50,063 nucleotides of DNA, from assembly GCA_027371755.1 (NCBI GenBank), contig DAHXLF010000002.1, positions 1 through 50,063 on the forward strand, given 5' to 3'. How positions within the stretch are numbered: the first letter of the stretch is position 1; every line of letters starts with the position of its first letter. A program made the translations under genes and the position numbers. Shown piece after piece: positions 27,605 to 37,781 of the stretch. This DNA is from Acidimicrobiales bacterium. GTDB lineage: Bacteria > Actinomycetota > Acidimicrobiia > Acidimicrobiales > JABEUL01. The notes beneath the pieces were generated by a model. The model saw only the letters and a list, made by a program, of their open reading frames with translations, did not search any database and was not told where the DNA came from.

Positions 27605-27688
27605 TTAACCTCTGCCGCAGTTCGGCTTTTTACCGTGGTTAGCTTTCTTTTTGGCGCGTAGTTTTCTTTTGACTGTGCGTTTTGACAT
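27605..27688 (-). CDS. 50S ribosomal protein bL37 (27 aa; too short for the ORF track)
   Basis: Hand translation of the minus strand gives MSKRTVKRKLRAKKKANHGKKPNCGRG*. The ANHGK(R/K)PN core and size match the mycobacterial bL37 micro-protein as I recall it. Confidence 0.75.
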   Translation of the reverse strand: MSKRTVKRKLRAKKKANHGKKPNCGRG

Positions 27689-27923
27689 AAATCAAGTTTA
27701 TAGTATAAAACGACCGTAAAATTCAAATATTGCCTCCGGGTGGTAGACGCATCTTTTCAGTTGGCACTTCGTTGCGTTTCTGTTGGTTGCGACGTGCCAC
27801 CTTGTTTGTGCAACTTAAACTTGCAGTTTTTAGTCAGTAACCTCAAAATACTTTGTCGTAAATGATCAAAATGCAATGTACGTAAACATTATGTAACAAA
27901 TTGTTGGCTAGACTTATTAAGTT

Positions 27924-29012
27924 GTGGAACAAGTAGGATTAATCGGACAACCAAATGTTGGGAAATCGTCGTTATTTAATGCTCTAACAAACTACAACTC
28001 ACCGGTCGCACCCCATCCGTATACAACAACTTCTTCGATTAAGGCTGCAGCAGAAGTTCCAGATAGCAGACTTGACGCATTGGCCTACATGAGTTCGTCG
28101 AAGAAAACTGTGTACACTTCGGTTGAGGTTGTCGATATTGCGGGACTGTCACCGGGAGCTAATGCTGGTGAAGGCCTCGGCAATAAATTTTTAGCCCAAG
28201 TTCGTGAAGTCGATGCTTTGGGCATAGTTTTAAGATCATTTAAGAACGACATGATAGTGGGAAGCTCAGATATTGCCTCGCAGTTTGCCGAACTTGAAAT
28301 GGAGTTGGTTTTGGCTGACTTAAGTACCGTAGAGAGTCAGCTAGAGAGGCGAAAAAAAGCCGCTAAGAATCCGGCAAAAAACGATTTGGCCACTAAAAAT
28401 CTACTTGAAGGTCTGGAAGCTGTGCTTCCGTTATTGTCTGACGGAGTTCCCGTATACAAGTCGAAATTGGATCATGAAACGCGTGTTAATTTAAAGGAAG
28501 CCTTTCTGCTCACCAATAAACCGATCTTTGTCGTGATAAATATTTCCGAAGACCAGATAGGATCCGAAACTAATTTAATTGACGAAATAAGTGATCAGCT
28601 TCCGTCGGGGGTGGATCCAATAGCGGTAAGTGTACAGTTGGAAGCCGAAGCGGCCCAACTCGACCCAAATGAAAAATTGGAGATGCTGGAAGGTCTCGGT
28701 TTAGGCAAAGGGGTGCTTCAAAGAATCGCTCAGGCGGCACATGAAATACTGAATTTGAATACCTTTTTTACCACAGGTGACAAAGAGTCCAGAGCTTGGA
28801 CTTTTAAGAAAGGGTCCACTGCCCCAGTTTGTGCTGGAGTTATTCATTCCGATTTGCAACGGGGTTTTATAAAAGCAGAAGTTATCGATTATGAATCGTT
28901 GCTTAATATTGGTTCGTGGCATAAAGCAAAAGTAGAAGGCAAGGTACGTCTTGAGGGCAAAGAATATGTCGTCAAAGATGGAGATGTCATGGAAATTAGA
29001 TTTAATGTTTAA
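27924..29012 (+). CDS. ychF: redox-regulated ATPase YchF
   Basis: GLIGQPNVGKSSLFNALT P-loop and C-terminal TGDKESRAWTFKKGSTAPVCAGVIHSDLQRGFIKAEVI. GTG start. Confidence 0.9.
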   Translation: MEQVGLIGQPNVGKSSLFNALTNYNSPVAPHPYTTTSSIKAAAEVPDSRLDALAYMSSSKKTVYTSVEVVDIAGLSPGANAGEGLGNKFLAQVREVDALGIVLRSFKNDMIVGSSDIASQFAELEMELVLADLSTVESQLERRKKAAKNPAKNDLATKNLLEGLEAVLPLLSDGVPVYKSKLDHETRVNLKEAFLLTNKPIFVVINISEDQIGSETNLIDEISDQLPSGVDPIAVSVQLEAEAAQLDPNEKLEMLEGLGLGKGVLQRIAQAAHEILNLNTFFTTGDKESRAWTFKKGSTAPVCAGVIHSDLQRGFIKAEVIDYESLLNIGSWHKAKVEGKVRLEGKEYVVKDGDVMEIRFNV

Positions 29013-29032
29013 TATTTACCGTAGAGGTAATT

Positions 29033-29362
29033 ATGTCTTGGTTATTAGTGGACGGAAATCCGGTAGCGTCGGTTGAAAGTATTAACGGCCCCGTAAAAAA
29101 GATGGTAGGTCTTTTGGGGAAAAAAGACTATGACGGCGCAGCGGTGTTCAGCAGGCTTAAGTCGGTTCATACGGTTGGGATGAAATTTGCTGTCGATGTA
29201 GCTTTTGTCGATAAGCAGGATACCGTAATAAAGATTTATTCGTTGGATCCATACAGATTCGTATTCTTCGTTCCTAATTCTAAAATGGTGATCGAGGCAC
29301 AAGCCGGAGCCTTCTACAGATGGTCGCTGAAACCTGGCAGCAAAATCGAGTTGAGGCAATAA
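29033..29362 (+). CDS. DUF192 domain protein
   Basis: 109 aa. GLLGKK...VHTVGMKFAVDVAFVD...VIEAQAGAF follows the DUF192 pattern. Confidence 0.7.
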   Translation: MSWLLVDGNPVASVESINGPVKKMVGLLGKKDYDGAAVFSRLKSVHTVGMKFAVDVAFVDKQDTVIKIYSLDPYRFVFFVPNSKMVIEAQAGAFYRWSLKPGSKIELRQ

Positions 29363-29366
29363 GAAA

Positions 29367-30200
29367 GTGGCAACCCTGTATCTGGTGGCAACTCCGATTG
29401 GTAATCTCGGTGATATAACGCTTCGGGCTGTTAAGGTACTCGATAACTCCGAAGTTTTGTATTGTGAAGATACTCGAGTTACGCATAAACTGTTAAGTCA
29501 TTTAAACATAAAGACTGCCGGTAAAAAGATTGCAAGTTTAAATCTAACAAACGAATACGCCAAAGTCGGCGAAGTGATTGATGATTTAAATGCTGGTAAG
29601 CAGGTATGCATAGTCTCTGATGCCGGAATGCCCTTAATAAGTGACCCTGGGGTGTGGGTCGTTTCAAAAGTGCTCGAAGCAGATCACATAGTTACGGTAG
29701 TGCCAGGACCCTCTTCTGTAACTGCTGCTTTGGCGATGTGCGGGTTTAACTCAGACCGTTTTTATTTTGCAGGTTTTATCCCCAAAGGCAATTCCGAAAA
29801 AGCAAAAGCTCTAGAGTTTATTTCACGTATGAACTGCACTTCGGTTTTTTTTGAATCACCTCACCGTTTGGTGCAAACTGTTGAGGAGCTGGTGAAAACC
29901 CTATCGCCGGATCGAAAGATTGGTATAGCCAAAGAGTTAACCAAATTAAATGAGACACTGTTGGTAAAGCCTGCCAGCGAAATCTTGTTGCATCTTGAAA
30001 AATTAACCATAAAAGGTGAATTTGTGGTGTTGGTGGCGCCCAATACCACGGAGTCTAAAAACTCTGATACCGATGCAATCTCCTTATATGAAGAACTTGT
30101 CTCATCGGGGGTGGACACGAAGACGGCTATTGTTTTCGTTTCAAAATATCTAAAAATCAGCAAGAATCACTTATATTCTTTGCTAAAAATTAGCAGTTAA
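29367..30200 (+). CDS. rsmI: 16S rRNA (cytidine1402-2'-O)-methyltransferase
   Basis: LYLVATPIGNLGDITLRAVKVLDNSEVLYCEDTR and SDAGMPLISDPG. Confidence 0.9.
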   Translation: MATLYLVATPIGNLGDITLRAVKVLDNSEVLYCEDTRVTHKLLSHLNIKTAGKKIASLNLTNEYAKVGEVIDDLNAGKQVCIVSDAGMPLISDPGVWVVSKVLEADHIVTVVPGPSSVTAALAMCGFNSDRFYFAGFIPKGNSEKAKALEFISRMNCTSVFFESPHRLVQTVEELVKTLSPDRKIGIAKELTKLNETLLVKPASEILLHLEKLTIKGEFVVLVAPNTTESKNSDTDAISLYEELVSSGVDTKTAIVFVSKYLKISKNHLYSLLKISS

Positions 30201-30335
30201 AATTACCATCTTTAGCAGTGACGAGCTTTAGCTTAAAGCTGTAAGAATTGGTATATTTGATTTAAGAACCCCAAATTGGCCTCTGCCGTTGAATCTTTAT
30301 TTGCCTAAATTATTTAAAGAACTTTGTTAAAAAAC

Positions 30336-30797
30336 TTACAAAGATTCTAAGTATTTGCAGAATTTATCCAAAACTTCCCGGTCACGATCGTAACTAAGAA
30401 GTGTATACCCGTCTTTTGGCGAGATCCATTTAACTATATCTACCTCCCCGAAGGCGATGATTGAAGGATGGGGATCATCTGTGTTGCGACCGCGTTCAGT
30501 CATGGTGTAATATCTTACCAACTTATCGTTACCCCCGCGATCGACATAAGTTACGTCAGTAAGTTCGTCAATTATGTTGCAGTAAAGTCCTGTTTCTTCT
30601 TCTACTTCGCGCAGTGCACAGTCAACGTAAGATTCGTTGTTTTCGGCTTTGCCTTTGGGGAGGGACCAATCATCGTATTTGGGGCGATGGATGACGATAA
30701 TTTCATAGGTTTCAGATAAATCCGACTGGTCAATTTTATCGACGTTTTTTGATTTTCTGTATATTATCCCGCCCGCTGCACGTACATAGTCTTCCAT
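30336..30797 (-). CDS. NUDIX hydrolase
   Basis: Nudix box GKAENNESYVDCALREVEEETGL. Confidence 0.85.
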   Translation of the reverse strand: MEDYVRAAGGIIYRKSKNVDKIDQSDLSETYEIIVIHRPKYDDWSLPKGKAENNESYVDCALREVEEETGLYCNIIDELTDVTYVDRGGNDKLVRYYTMTERGRNTDDPHPSIIAFGEVDIVKWISPKDGYTLLSYDRDREVLDKFCKYLESL

Positions 30798-30815
30798 AGG
30801 TATAGCCTATTACAT

Positions 30816-32318
30816 GTGAAAAGTTTTTGTGTGACAACCCCAATTTATTATGTTAACGATGCTCCACATGTGGGACATGCCTATACGACCTTGCATGCAG
30901 ATATAACTGCCAGATGGAATCGATTAAAAAGAAATGAAGTTTTCTTTCTAACGGGCACCGACGAACACGGTTTAAAAATAGCCGAAGCCGCCGAAAAGCT
31001 TGGGATATCTCCTCAGGAGCTCACCGACAGTACCTCGCGTCGTTTTAAGGATGCATGGGATCAACTTGGAATTAAATATGATGACTTTATCAGGACAACA
31101 GAACCAAGGCATATTGAAACCGTTAATGCATTTACTCAAAAGATATATGACGCCGGATATATTGTAAAAGATACCTGGGAAGGGCTCTACTGTATTTCAT
31201 GTGAATCGAACTACATAGAATCCGAATTGGAAAACGGAATGTGCCCAATACACAAAAGACCGGTAGAAAAGGTAAAAGAAGATAACTATTTCTTTAAACT
31301 TTCGCAGTTTGAAGATAGGCTTTTAAAATTTTACGAGGATAACCCTAAATTTATTGAACCCGAGACAAAGTTTAATGAAGCGCTGTCATTTATAAAGTCA
31401 GGATTAAAGGACATATCGGTGACCCGATCTTCATTTGATTGGGGAATTACCGTACCGTGGGATCATTCTCAAGTATTTTATGTTTGGTTCGAAGCTCTTA
31501 TAAATTATGTTACCGCATTAGGCTATACAAGCGATCCCGACAGGTTTAATCGTTTGTGGCCCAATACTGTCCATATGATAGGCAAAGAGATAACTAGGTT
31601 TCATTGTATCTGGTGGCCGGCTATGTGTATGGCCGCCGGCATTAATCCTCCCAGTAAGATTCTGGTACACGGCTGGTTGCTCGTAGGGGGAGAAAAGATG
31701 TCAAAGACCAGCTTAAATAAGATAGACCCCGTAGACCTGGTAGATGAGTTTGGCCTGGATCAGTTTCGTTATCTGTTGGTGAAAGGTTCACCATTTGGCC
31801 CAGACAGCGAATTTAGCTACGAAGAACTTAAGAGACGTAATAACTCAGACTTGGCTAATAATTTAGGTAATCTGCTTTCCAGAGTTTTAGCGGTGGTTAA
31901 TTCAAAGTGTGATTCGATAACGCCCAAAGTTGACACGGACTCTATCCTAAAGCCGGCGGCAGACTTAGCAGTTGAGTCTGCTAAGGAAAATTGGGACAAC
32001 TTCTCGCCGGCAAACGCACTTGAATCGATATGGAACTTACTTCGAGCAACCAATGCCTATTTGGAGACCAATGAACCGTGGAAAGGCGAACCCGGGGATA
32101 AAGTTAATAAGGTACTAGGGGATTCGCTTGAAGTACTTAGGATAGCTGCAGTATTAATAAGTCCCGTGATGCCTACTTCGGCTGCAGAAATACTTACACG
32201 GATCGGCCTTACAAATTATTTGGATGACGTATCGCTTAGCGACGATCTCGGCTGGGGACAATATCCGGGAGGTTTCGAAATCAAAAAAGATGCGCCACTG
32301 TTTAGCAGGATAAAGTAG
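30816..32318 (+). CDS. metG: methionine--tRNA ligase (short form)
   Basis: TTPIYYVNDAPHVGHAYT (HIGH region), KMSKT, and a CxxC...CPxH zinc knuckle. GTG start. Confidence 0.95.
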   Translation: MKSFCVTTPIYYVNDAPHVGHAYTTLHADITARWNRLKRNEVFFLTGTDEHGLKIAEAAEKLGISPQELTDSTSRRFKDAWDQLGIKYDDFIRTTEPRHIETVNAFTQKIYDAGYIVKDTWEGLYCISCESNYIESELENGMCPIHKRPVEKVKEDNYFFKLSQFEDRLLKFYEDNPKFIEPETKFNEALSFIKSGLKDISVTRSSFDWGITVPWDHSQVFYVWFEALINYVTALGYTSDPDRFNRLWPNTVHMIGKEITRFHCIWWPAMCMAAGINPPSKILVHGWLLVGGEKMSKTSLNKIDPVDLVDEFGLDQFRYLLVKGSPFGPDSEFSYEELKRRNNSDLANNLGNLLSRVLAVVNSKCDSITPKVDTDSILKPAADLAVESAKENWDNFSPANALESIWNLLRATNAYLETNEPWKGEPGDKVNKVLGDSLEVLRIAAVLISPVMPTSAAEILTRIGLTNYLDDVSLSDDLGWGQYPGGFEIKKDAPLFSRIK

Positions 32319-32408
32319 ATCTGATTTAACATATCAGCTAAGTGACACAGGTGTTGAGTAGCCGCCGTCTAATTTCCAATTAGACTCTTTTGGGTCGCCT
32401 TTATCATC

Positions 32409-33275
32409 TCATATTGTCAATACTCTGGTTATTAAAGAGTCTGCAAATTCTTGCGCAAATACTGCGGGATTCCCGACAAATCTTATTATTACTCTGTCTA
32501 TTCCGACTGATTTAAGTTCGTCTAATTGCACTAGAAAGTTATCTTTGTCGTCTAGCGGATTCCCCATGAAAGTGCAAGTTTTCTCTATCGCTTCGTAATC
32601 TCGGTTGTTGTCTTGGCAATGCTTTTTCAAAATATCCAGTTTGCGACTCAACTCATCTTTGCCGACAGAAAATAAGTTACACGCATCAGCGTATTTTGCA
32701 ACTAGTTTTAAGGTCTTTTTTTCGCCTGAGCCTCCTATCAAAATTCTGGGATGAGGCTGAGTAACAGGTTTTGGGTAACATACTGTTTCAGCTAACTTAA
32801 AGTGCTTTGATTCAAATGCACCGTCATTATTACTCCACATCTGAAGACATATTTGGAGAGTTTCTTCCAGTCGTTCAAATCTTTCGGATATTGCCGGAAA
32901 TGGTACTCCCAATCCCATATGCTCTCTTTCGTACCAGGCCGCTCCGATGCCAAGCATTGCACGACCTTGGCTAAGTATGTCAAGAGTGGTCACAATTTTG
33001 GCCAATAAACCGGGATGTCTGTAAGTAACCCCGGTGACAAGAAGACCTAAATTAATTTTTGAAGTAACTCCTGCAAGGTAGCCCAAAGAAGTGTAACCTT
33101 CCATCATCGGTTCGGTATGTGGAGCCATAAATTCCATTTGATAGTAGTGATCCATAAACGTAAGAAGAGTTACTCCCGATTGTTCGGCAATTATCGCAGC
33201 TTCTTTAAAAGCCGGTCCATATTCAACTTCGCTTTTAGCCCATGAAAAATCTACCGCATGCATTCCAATTTCCAT
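32409..33275 (-). CDS. LLM-class (luciferase-like) F420-dependent oxidoreductase
   Basis: 288 aa. DHYYQ..., GRAMLGIGAAWYEREH, and RILIGGSGEKKTLKLVAKYAD are typical of this actinobacterial family. Confidence 0.8.
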   Translation of the reverse strand: MEIGMHAVDFSWAKSEVEYGPAFKEAAIIAEQSGVTLLTFMDHYYQMEFMAPHTEPMMEGYTSLGYLAGVTSKINLGLLVTGVTYRHPGLLAKIVTTLDILSQGRAMLGIGAAWYEREHMGLGVPFPAISERFERLEETLQICLQMWSNNDGAFESKHFKLAETVCYPKPVTQPHPRILIGGSGEKKTLKLVAKYADACNLFSVGKDELSRKLDILKKHCQDNNRDYEAIEKTCTFMGNPLDDKDNFLVQLDELKSVGIDRVIIRFVGNPAVFAQEFADSLITRVLTI

Positions 33276-33850
33276 AATTCTCCTATCTCGTCAATATGTA
33301 ATTTAGTCTGTCGCATTAATTAATTGTGATTCACTGTTCATATTAGCAACTTAGCATATCGATTACTAAGCTCAAAATAAAATTTGTCGTTTTAAATTAC
33401 TAAAAAAATAAACTAAGAATTACAATGTATTTCCTTGTATTCATTGGTTTAAGGAGGAAGTCAGCGGCTTTTGATCTCATTCGAGTGTCAAACTCGTCTA
33501 ATTTTAAATTGCAGTTACTCTCACTCATTTTACTGCTTGCCCTTCGTTGTCTCCATCGGTTTCATTGCACCTAAAGTAGTAGCGTTTGAAGTTTATCATT
33601 GACCCAATCCTATATTATTTTTAATTTAACCTCGTTCGCATCTACGAGTAACATTTTGGACTAAATGCTGAAACATTTTAAGTTGCCCACATTGGTTATG
33701 TTTTAGTTTTGTTTAAGGTAAGTTGATTGATGTTGACAAGCTGGGTTTGCTAGGGTAATAGAATTAAAAGAATTATGCAATTTAAGAACCTAAGATCAGA
33801 CTTGACGGCGGTTATCCCCAAGACAATTTAAGCATCGAGTGGCTAACTAT

Positions 33851-33871
33851 ATTATTAATTATTAATTATTA
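33851..33871. repeat. heptanucleotide microsatellite (ATTATTA)x3
   Basis: Three perfect units at 33851-33857, 33858-33864 and 33865-33871, in the 786-bp spacer upstream of the permease gene. Confidence 0.9.
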
Positions 33872-34046
33872 ATATATAATGCCGAATGACCCATAACTTG
33901 TTGAAAACCAACTGCCGCAGTTTGATTCAAAATGATATTGAAAAATAAATTCATAAACTAAATTTCATGAAGTGATCTATGGGTAAATTAAATAAACAAT
34001 TCGACAAGATAAAAAGGCGATAATGATAATCAGTAGAACAAAAGCA

Positions 34047-34078
34047 TGACAACTAAGAGCAGTGACAACTAAGAGCAG
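34047..34078. repeat. perfect 16-bp tandem duplication (TGACAACTAAGAGCAG x2, plus a partial third copy) at the permease start codon
   Basis: 34047-34062 equals 34063-34078, followed by TGACAACG. Confidence 0.95.
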
Positions 34079-35903
34079 TGACAACGCCCAACGAGCGGTG
34101 AGGCTGTTTAAGGCAGCCGTCGGCAGACCTTTAAAATTGCAGGACTTAAGATCTGAAGAGATCGGCTCAATTGAGGGTATCCCGGCGTTGTCATTGGATG
34201 CAATCACTTCGGTTGCATACGGACCCGAAGCGATTATAGTTGTTCTTGCGACTGCTGGTGCGACTGCGCTACATCTGATCCTGCCTATAACAATTGTTAT
34301 AGTAGTGCTGCTCACCCTGCTTGTCATGTAATACAGGCAGGTTATCAACGGATACCCCGGCGGGGGAGGCGCTTATATCGTTTCGAAAACAAACTTGGGT
34401 AAAAAAGTATCCCAAATCGCCGCCGCATCATTGGTGGTGGACTACACCCTAACAGTTGCTGTTTCAATAGCCGCAGGCGTAGGAGCTTTAACTTCGGCCT
34501 TTACCGGTCTCGTCCCGTATACTGTCCAATTGTGCCTGTTGATATTAGCTTTTATAACTGTTTTAAATCTTCGGGGAGTTGGTGAGGCAGCAAGAGCATT
34601 TTTATTGCCCACGGTAATATTTATAGTCGGCATTCTTGCGGTAATAGTAATCGGATTGATACATCCCGTGGCTCAAAATTTGGTGCCTCATGGCAAATCA
34701 CTAATAAACAATCAAGTTAAGGTTTCGTTGTCGTTATTGCTTATTTTAAAAGCCTTTGCGTCAGGATGTTCTGCGCTAACCGGAGTTGAGGCTATTGCAA
34801 ACGGTGTTCCGCTTTTTAAAGAGCCAAAGATAAAGCGGGCAAAAAATACCGAACTGTTGCTAGGGATCATACTGGGAGTTATGTTGATCGGTCTGGCGAT
34901 TTTAGCAAATAAATTTGGCATAGGTCCGAGAAGTAATAATACCGTGTTAAGCCAAATAATGATGAAGGCGGTTGGGCTGAACTGGGCATATTATCTAGTC
35001 TCTTTTGCCGTGTTGATTGAGTTGGCTCTGGCGGCCAATACATCATTCGGCGGATTGCCAATTTTAACTTCACTTCTTTCAAAGGATAACTATCTGCCCC
35101 ATTTTTTTAGCTTGAGAAGTGACCGATTAGTTTTTTCTCGCGGCGTTTGGGTGCTTGCAGTGTTGTCTGGGTTGATACTTGTGGCCCTAGGCGGAAATAC
35201 CAATGCAATGATTCCACTTTTCGCTATAGGTGTTTTTACCGGATTTACATTGGCCCAAACCGGTATGGTTGTTCATTGGTCTAGACTAAGGCCCAGAGGG
35301 TGGATATATAAATCTATTCTAAACGGCAGCGGGGCTTTACTTACCTTTATTGCCACTGTAGTTTTTATATTTACAAAATTTACAGCAGGGGCGTGGATAG
35401 TTATAGTCACCATCCCTTTGATTTTATTGTTGTTTAACGGAATCAATCGGTATTATGAAGCGGCCGGAAAAATTATCAAAATTGACGACGATAGCTTTGA
35501 GGAAACTGCATACAAGACCCTTGTATTAGTTCCAGTTGTGGATATTTCAAAAATAACGGAACAGGCTCTAAAAAATGCTTTTGCGATAAGCAATGAGGTT
35601 GTGGCAGTCAAAGTGGTATTCCCTGAAGATGACACCTATAAACAATTTGAAACACGATGGCGTGATTGGAATGATAAGGTGCGACTATTAACCATAAACA
35701 CCGAATATCATTCAATAGTTCGTCCCTTGGTTAGGTTCATCGAACTTATTTCTCGCGATGACTTAAAAGTTATCGTAATAATTCCCGTATATTCACCGCC
35801 TAAATGGCATCAGAAACTCTTACACAATCAACTTGATTTGGTGCTGTCGTCTTCACTATCCCATTTGCACAATGTTATTGTGGCCAGATGCCTGTTTCCG
35901 TAA
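34062..35903 (+). pseudogene. APC-superfamily permease, interrupted by an in-frame TAA at 34329-34331 (with a start-codon duplication)
   Basis: ORFs 34062-34331 and 34395-35903 are in the same frame, and the sequence between them reads through as LLVM*YRQVINGYPGGGGAYIVSKTNLGKK. Both parts together match one permease (GRPL...ALSLDAITSVAYGPEAI...YRQVI..YP.GGGAY...VDYTLTVAVS) with about 12 TM segments and a C-terminal soluble domain. Confidence 0.7.
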
Positions 35904-36103
35904 AATTATTGTTTTTGGTTGAATCTGTATTGATCGGCATGTATTATTAAATGCAAATTATCCCGAGCAATTTGTAATTAGATTGCAACTGTAAAAAATA
36001 AGATATGAAAAGCTTGAACCGTTTAATAATTAGCGCCTATCAAATTTATAAAATATGTTAAACGAACCCGAATAGTCGAATTTGCAAATTATACTTTAAG
36101 TCG

Positions 36104-36886
36104 ATGAAAATATTTGATTCACATTGCCATCTATACGATGAAAATGAACCGGAAAAGCTTATATATTCTGCTGCCGAAAATGGGGTTGAAGGATTCGTTG
36201 TGGTAGGGACCTCTTATGAGACCTCAAAAAAAACGGTTGAAATTGTTTCGCAACTGCAAGAAGATTTTCCGGAATTAGATATTTATAGTGCCATAGGTTT
36301 GCACCCTCATGATGCATCCGAGTCTTTCGACAGAATCGAAGAGTTGGTCCGTGAGACACTAAAATATGTCCCCAACGGTTTAGTCGCAATTGGTGAATGC
36401 GGACTGGATTATTACTACAATCATTGTGAACCTGCTATCCAGCTCGAAGCCTTTAGAAGACAGATTGAACTTGCCAAACAGTTGAATTTGGCTTTAATTG
36501 TTCACACTAGAGATGCCTGGGATGACACGTTCAGAGTTTTAGATGAACAGGGGGCTCCAAAAAATACGATTATACACTGTTTTACGGGTGGTCTAAATGA
36601 ACTAACTGAGTGCCTTAAACGAAATTTCACGATTTCGTTCTCGGGAATTGTTACATTTAAAAATTCAATTGAGCTTCAACGTGCCGCAATTGAGTGTCCG
36701 ACCCGTAGCCTGCTTGTGGAAACCGATTCACCCTTTCTTGCACCCGAACCTTTTAGGGGGAAACAGAATTCGCCGAAGAATGTTATTGAAGTTCTTAAAA
36801 AGATTATTGAGCTAAAACAGACGGATCTAGATGAGACTGCAACTACAATATTTACGAATACCCAACGAGTCTTTAACCTAATTTGA
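36104..36886 (+). CDS. tatD: TatD-family hydrolase
   Basis: FDSHCHL, GECGLDYY, IVHTRDA, and ETDSPFLAP. Confidence 0.9.
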   Translation: MKIFDSHCHLYDENEPEKLIYSAAENGVEGFVVVGTSYETSKKTVEIVSQLQEDFPELDIYSAIGLHPHDASESFDRIEELVRETLKYVPNGLVAIGECGLDYYYNHCEPAIQLEAFRRQIELAKQLNLALIVHTRDAWDDTFRVLDEQGAPKNTIIHCFTGGLNELTECLKRNFTISFSGIVTFKNSIELQRAAIECPTRSLLVETDSPFLAPEPFRGKQNSPKNVIEVLKKIIELKQTDLDETATTIFTNTQRVFNLI

Positions 36887-36896
36887 GTTAATCTAT

Positions 36897-37781
36897 ATGG
36901 TATTTAACTCCCCCAAAGATATTTTGGCCCTCGAAAATATTGTTCCTTCCAAATCAATGGGTCAAAACTTTTTATGCGACACAAATGTGGTGAGTAAAAT
37001 CGTCAGACTGGCACGTGTAGGTACCAATACCAACGTTTTAGAAATCGGACCTGGGCTGGGGACTCTTACCCGTGAATTAGCAAATCATGCAAAAAAAGTT
37101 GTAGCAATCGAAAAAGATAAGCGACTCTATTCTTATTTGAAGTCGGCTGAGTTGGGCCCTACGGTAATGCTCTTCTGCGGGGACGCTGTTGATATGGATA
37201 TCGGCATCATATTGGATTCTCGTAGCGAATCTGACGTCAACTTCGGATCAAACGATAACGTTTCGTCCGGAAATAAAGAAAACTGGACTCTTGTGGCTAA
37301 TTTGCCTTATAACGTCGCCACGCCTTTGGTATTTAAAGTATTGGAAGAAATTCACAGTATTGATAAATTGATTGTAATGGTGCAATCTGAACTTGTCGAT
37401 AGGTTTTTGGCATCTCCGTCCACAAAGGCTTATGGAGCTGTTACTGTAAAATTGAGTTACTTAGCTGACATGAAACGATTAATGCAGGTTCCGCCTCAAC
37501 TGTTTTATCCTGCGCCTAAGGTTATGTCATCTGTGGTTGAAATAGTGCGAAAAGACAATATGCCACATGATGTTAATTTCGAAAAGATGCTATTTTTTGT
37601 AATCGAAGAAGCATTCAAGACAAGAAGAAAGATGTTAAAAAATACGCTCGGCAGTATTGTACCGACTGAAGTATTCGAATCTGCTGCCATAGATCCATCG
37701 CTTCGGGCAGAGAATTTAACTTATCTTGATTTTGTGCGGCTCGTTGAACTTCTTTACCCCTTATTAGAAAACCAAAAATGA
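36897..37781 (+). CDS. rsmA: 16S rRNA (adenine1518/1519-N6)-dimethyltransferase
   Basis: GQNFLCDTNVVSKIV, LEIGPGLGTLT, and NLPYNVATP. Confidence 0.9.
   Translation: MVFNSPKDILALENIVPSKSMGQNFLCDTNVVSKIVRLARVGTNTNVLEIGPGLGTLTRELANHAKKVVAIEKDKRLYSYLKSAELGPTVMLFCGDAVDMDIGIILDSRSESDVNFGSNDNVSSGNKENWTLVANLPYNVATPLVFKVLEEIHSIDKLIVMVQSELVDRFLASPSTKAYGAVTVKLSYLADMKRLMQVPPQLFYPAPKVMSSVVEIVRKDNMPHDVNFEKMLFFVIEEAFKTRRKMLKNTLGSIVPTEVFESAAIDPSLRAENLTYLDFVRLVELLYPLLENQK

Noticed and set aside
33977-34348. 123-aa minus-strand ORF overlapping the permease N-terminus.
   Set aside because: It is antisense to a region with clear permease homology and has no supporting motifs.
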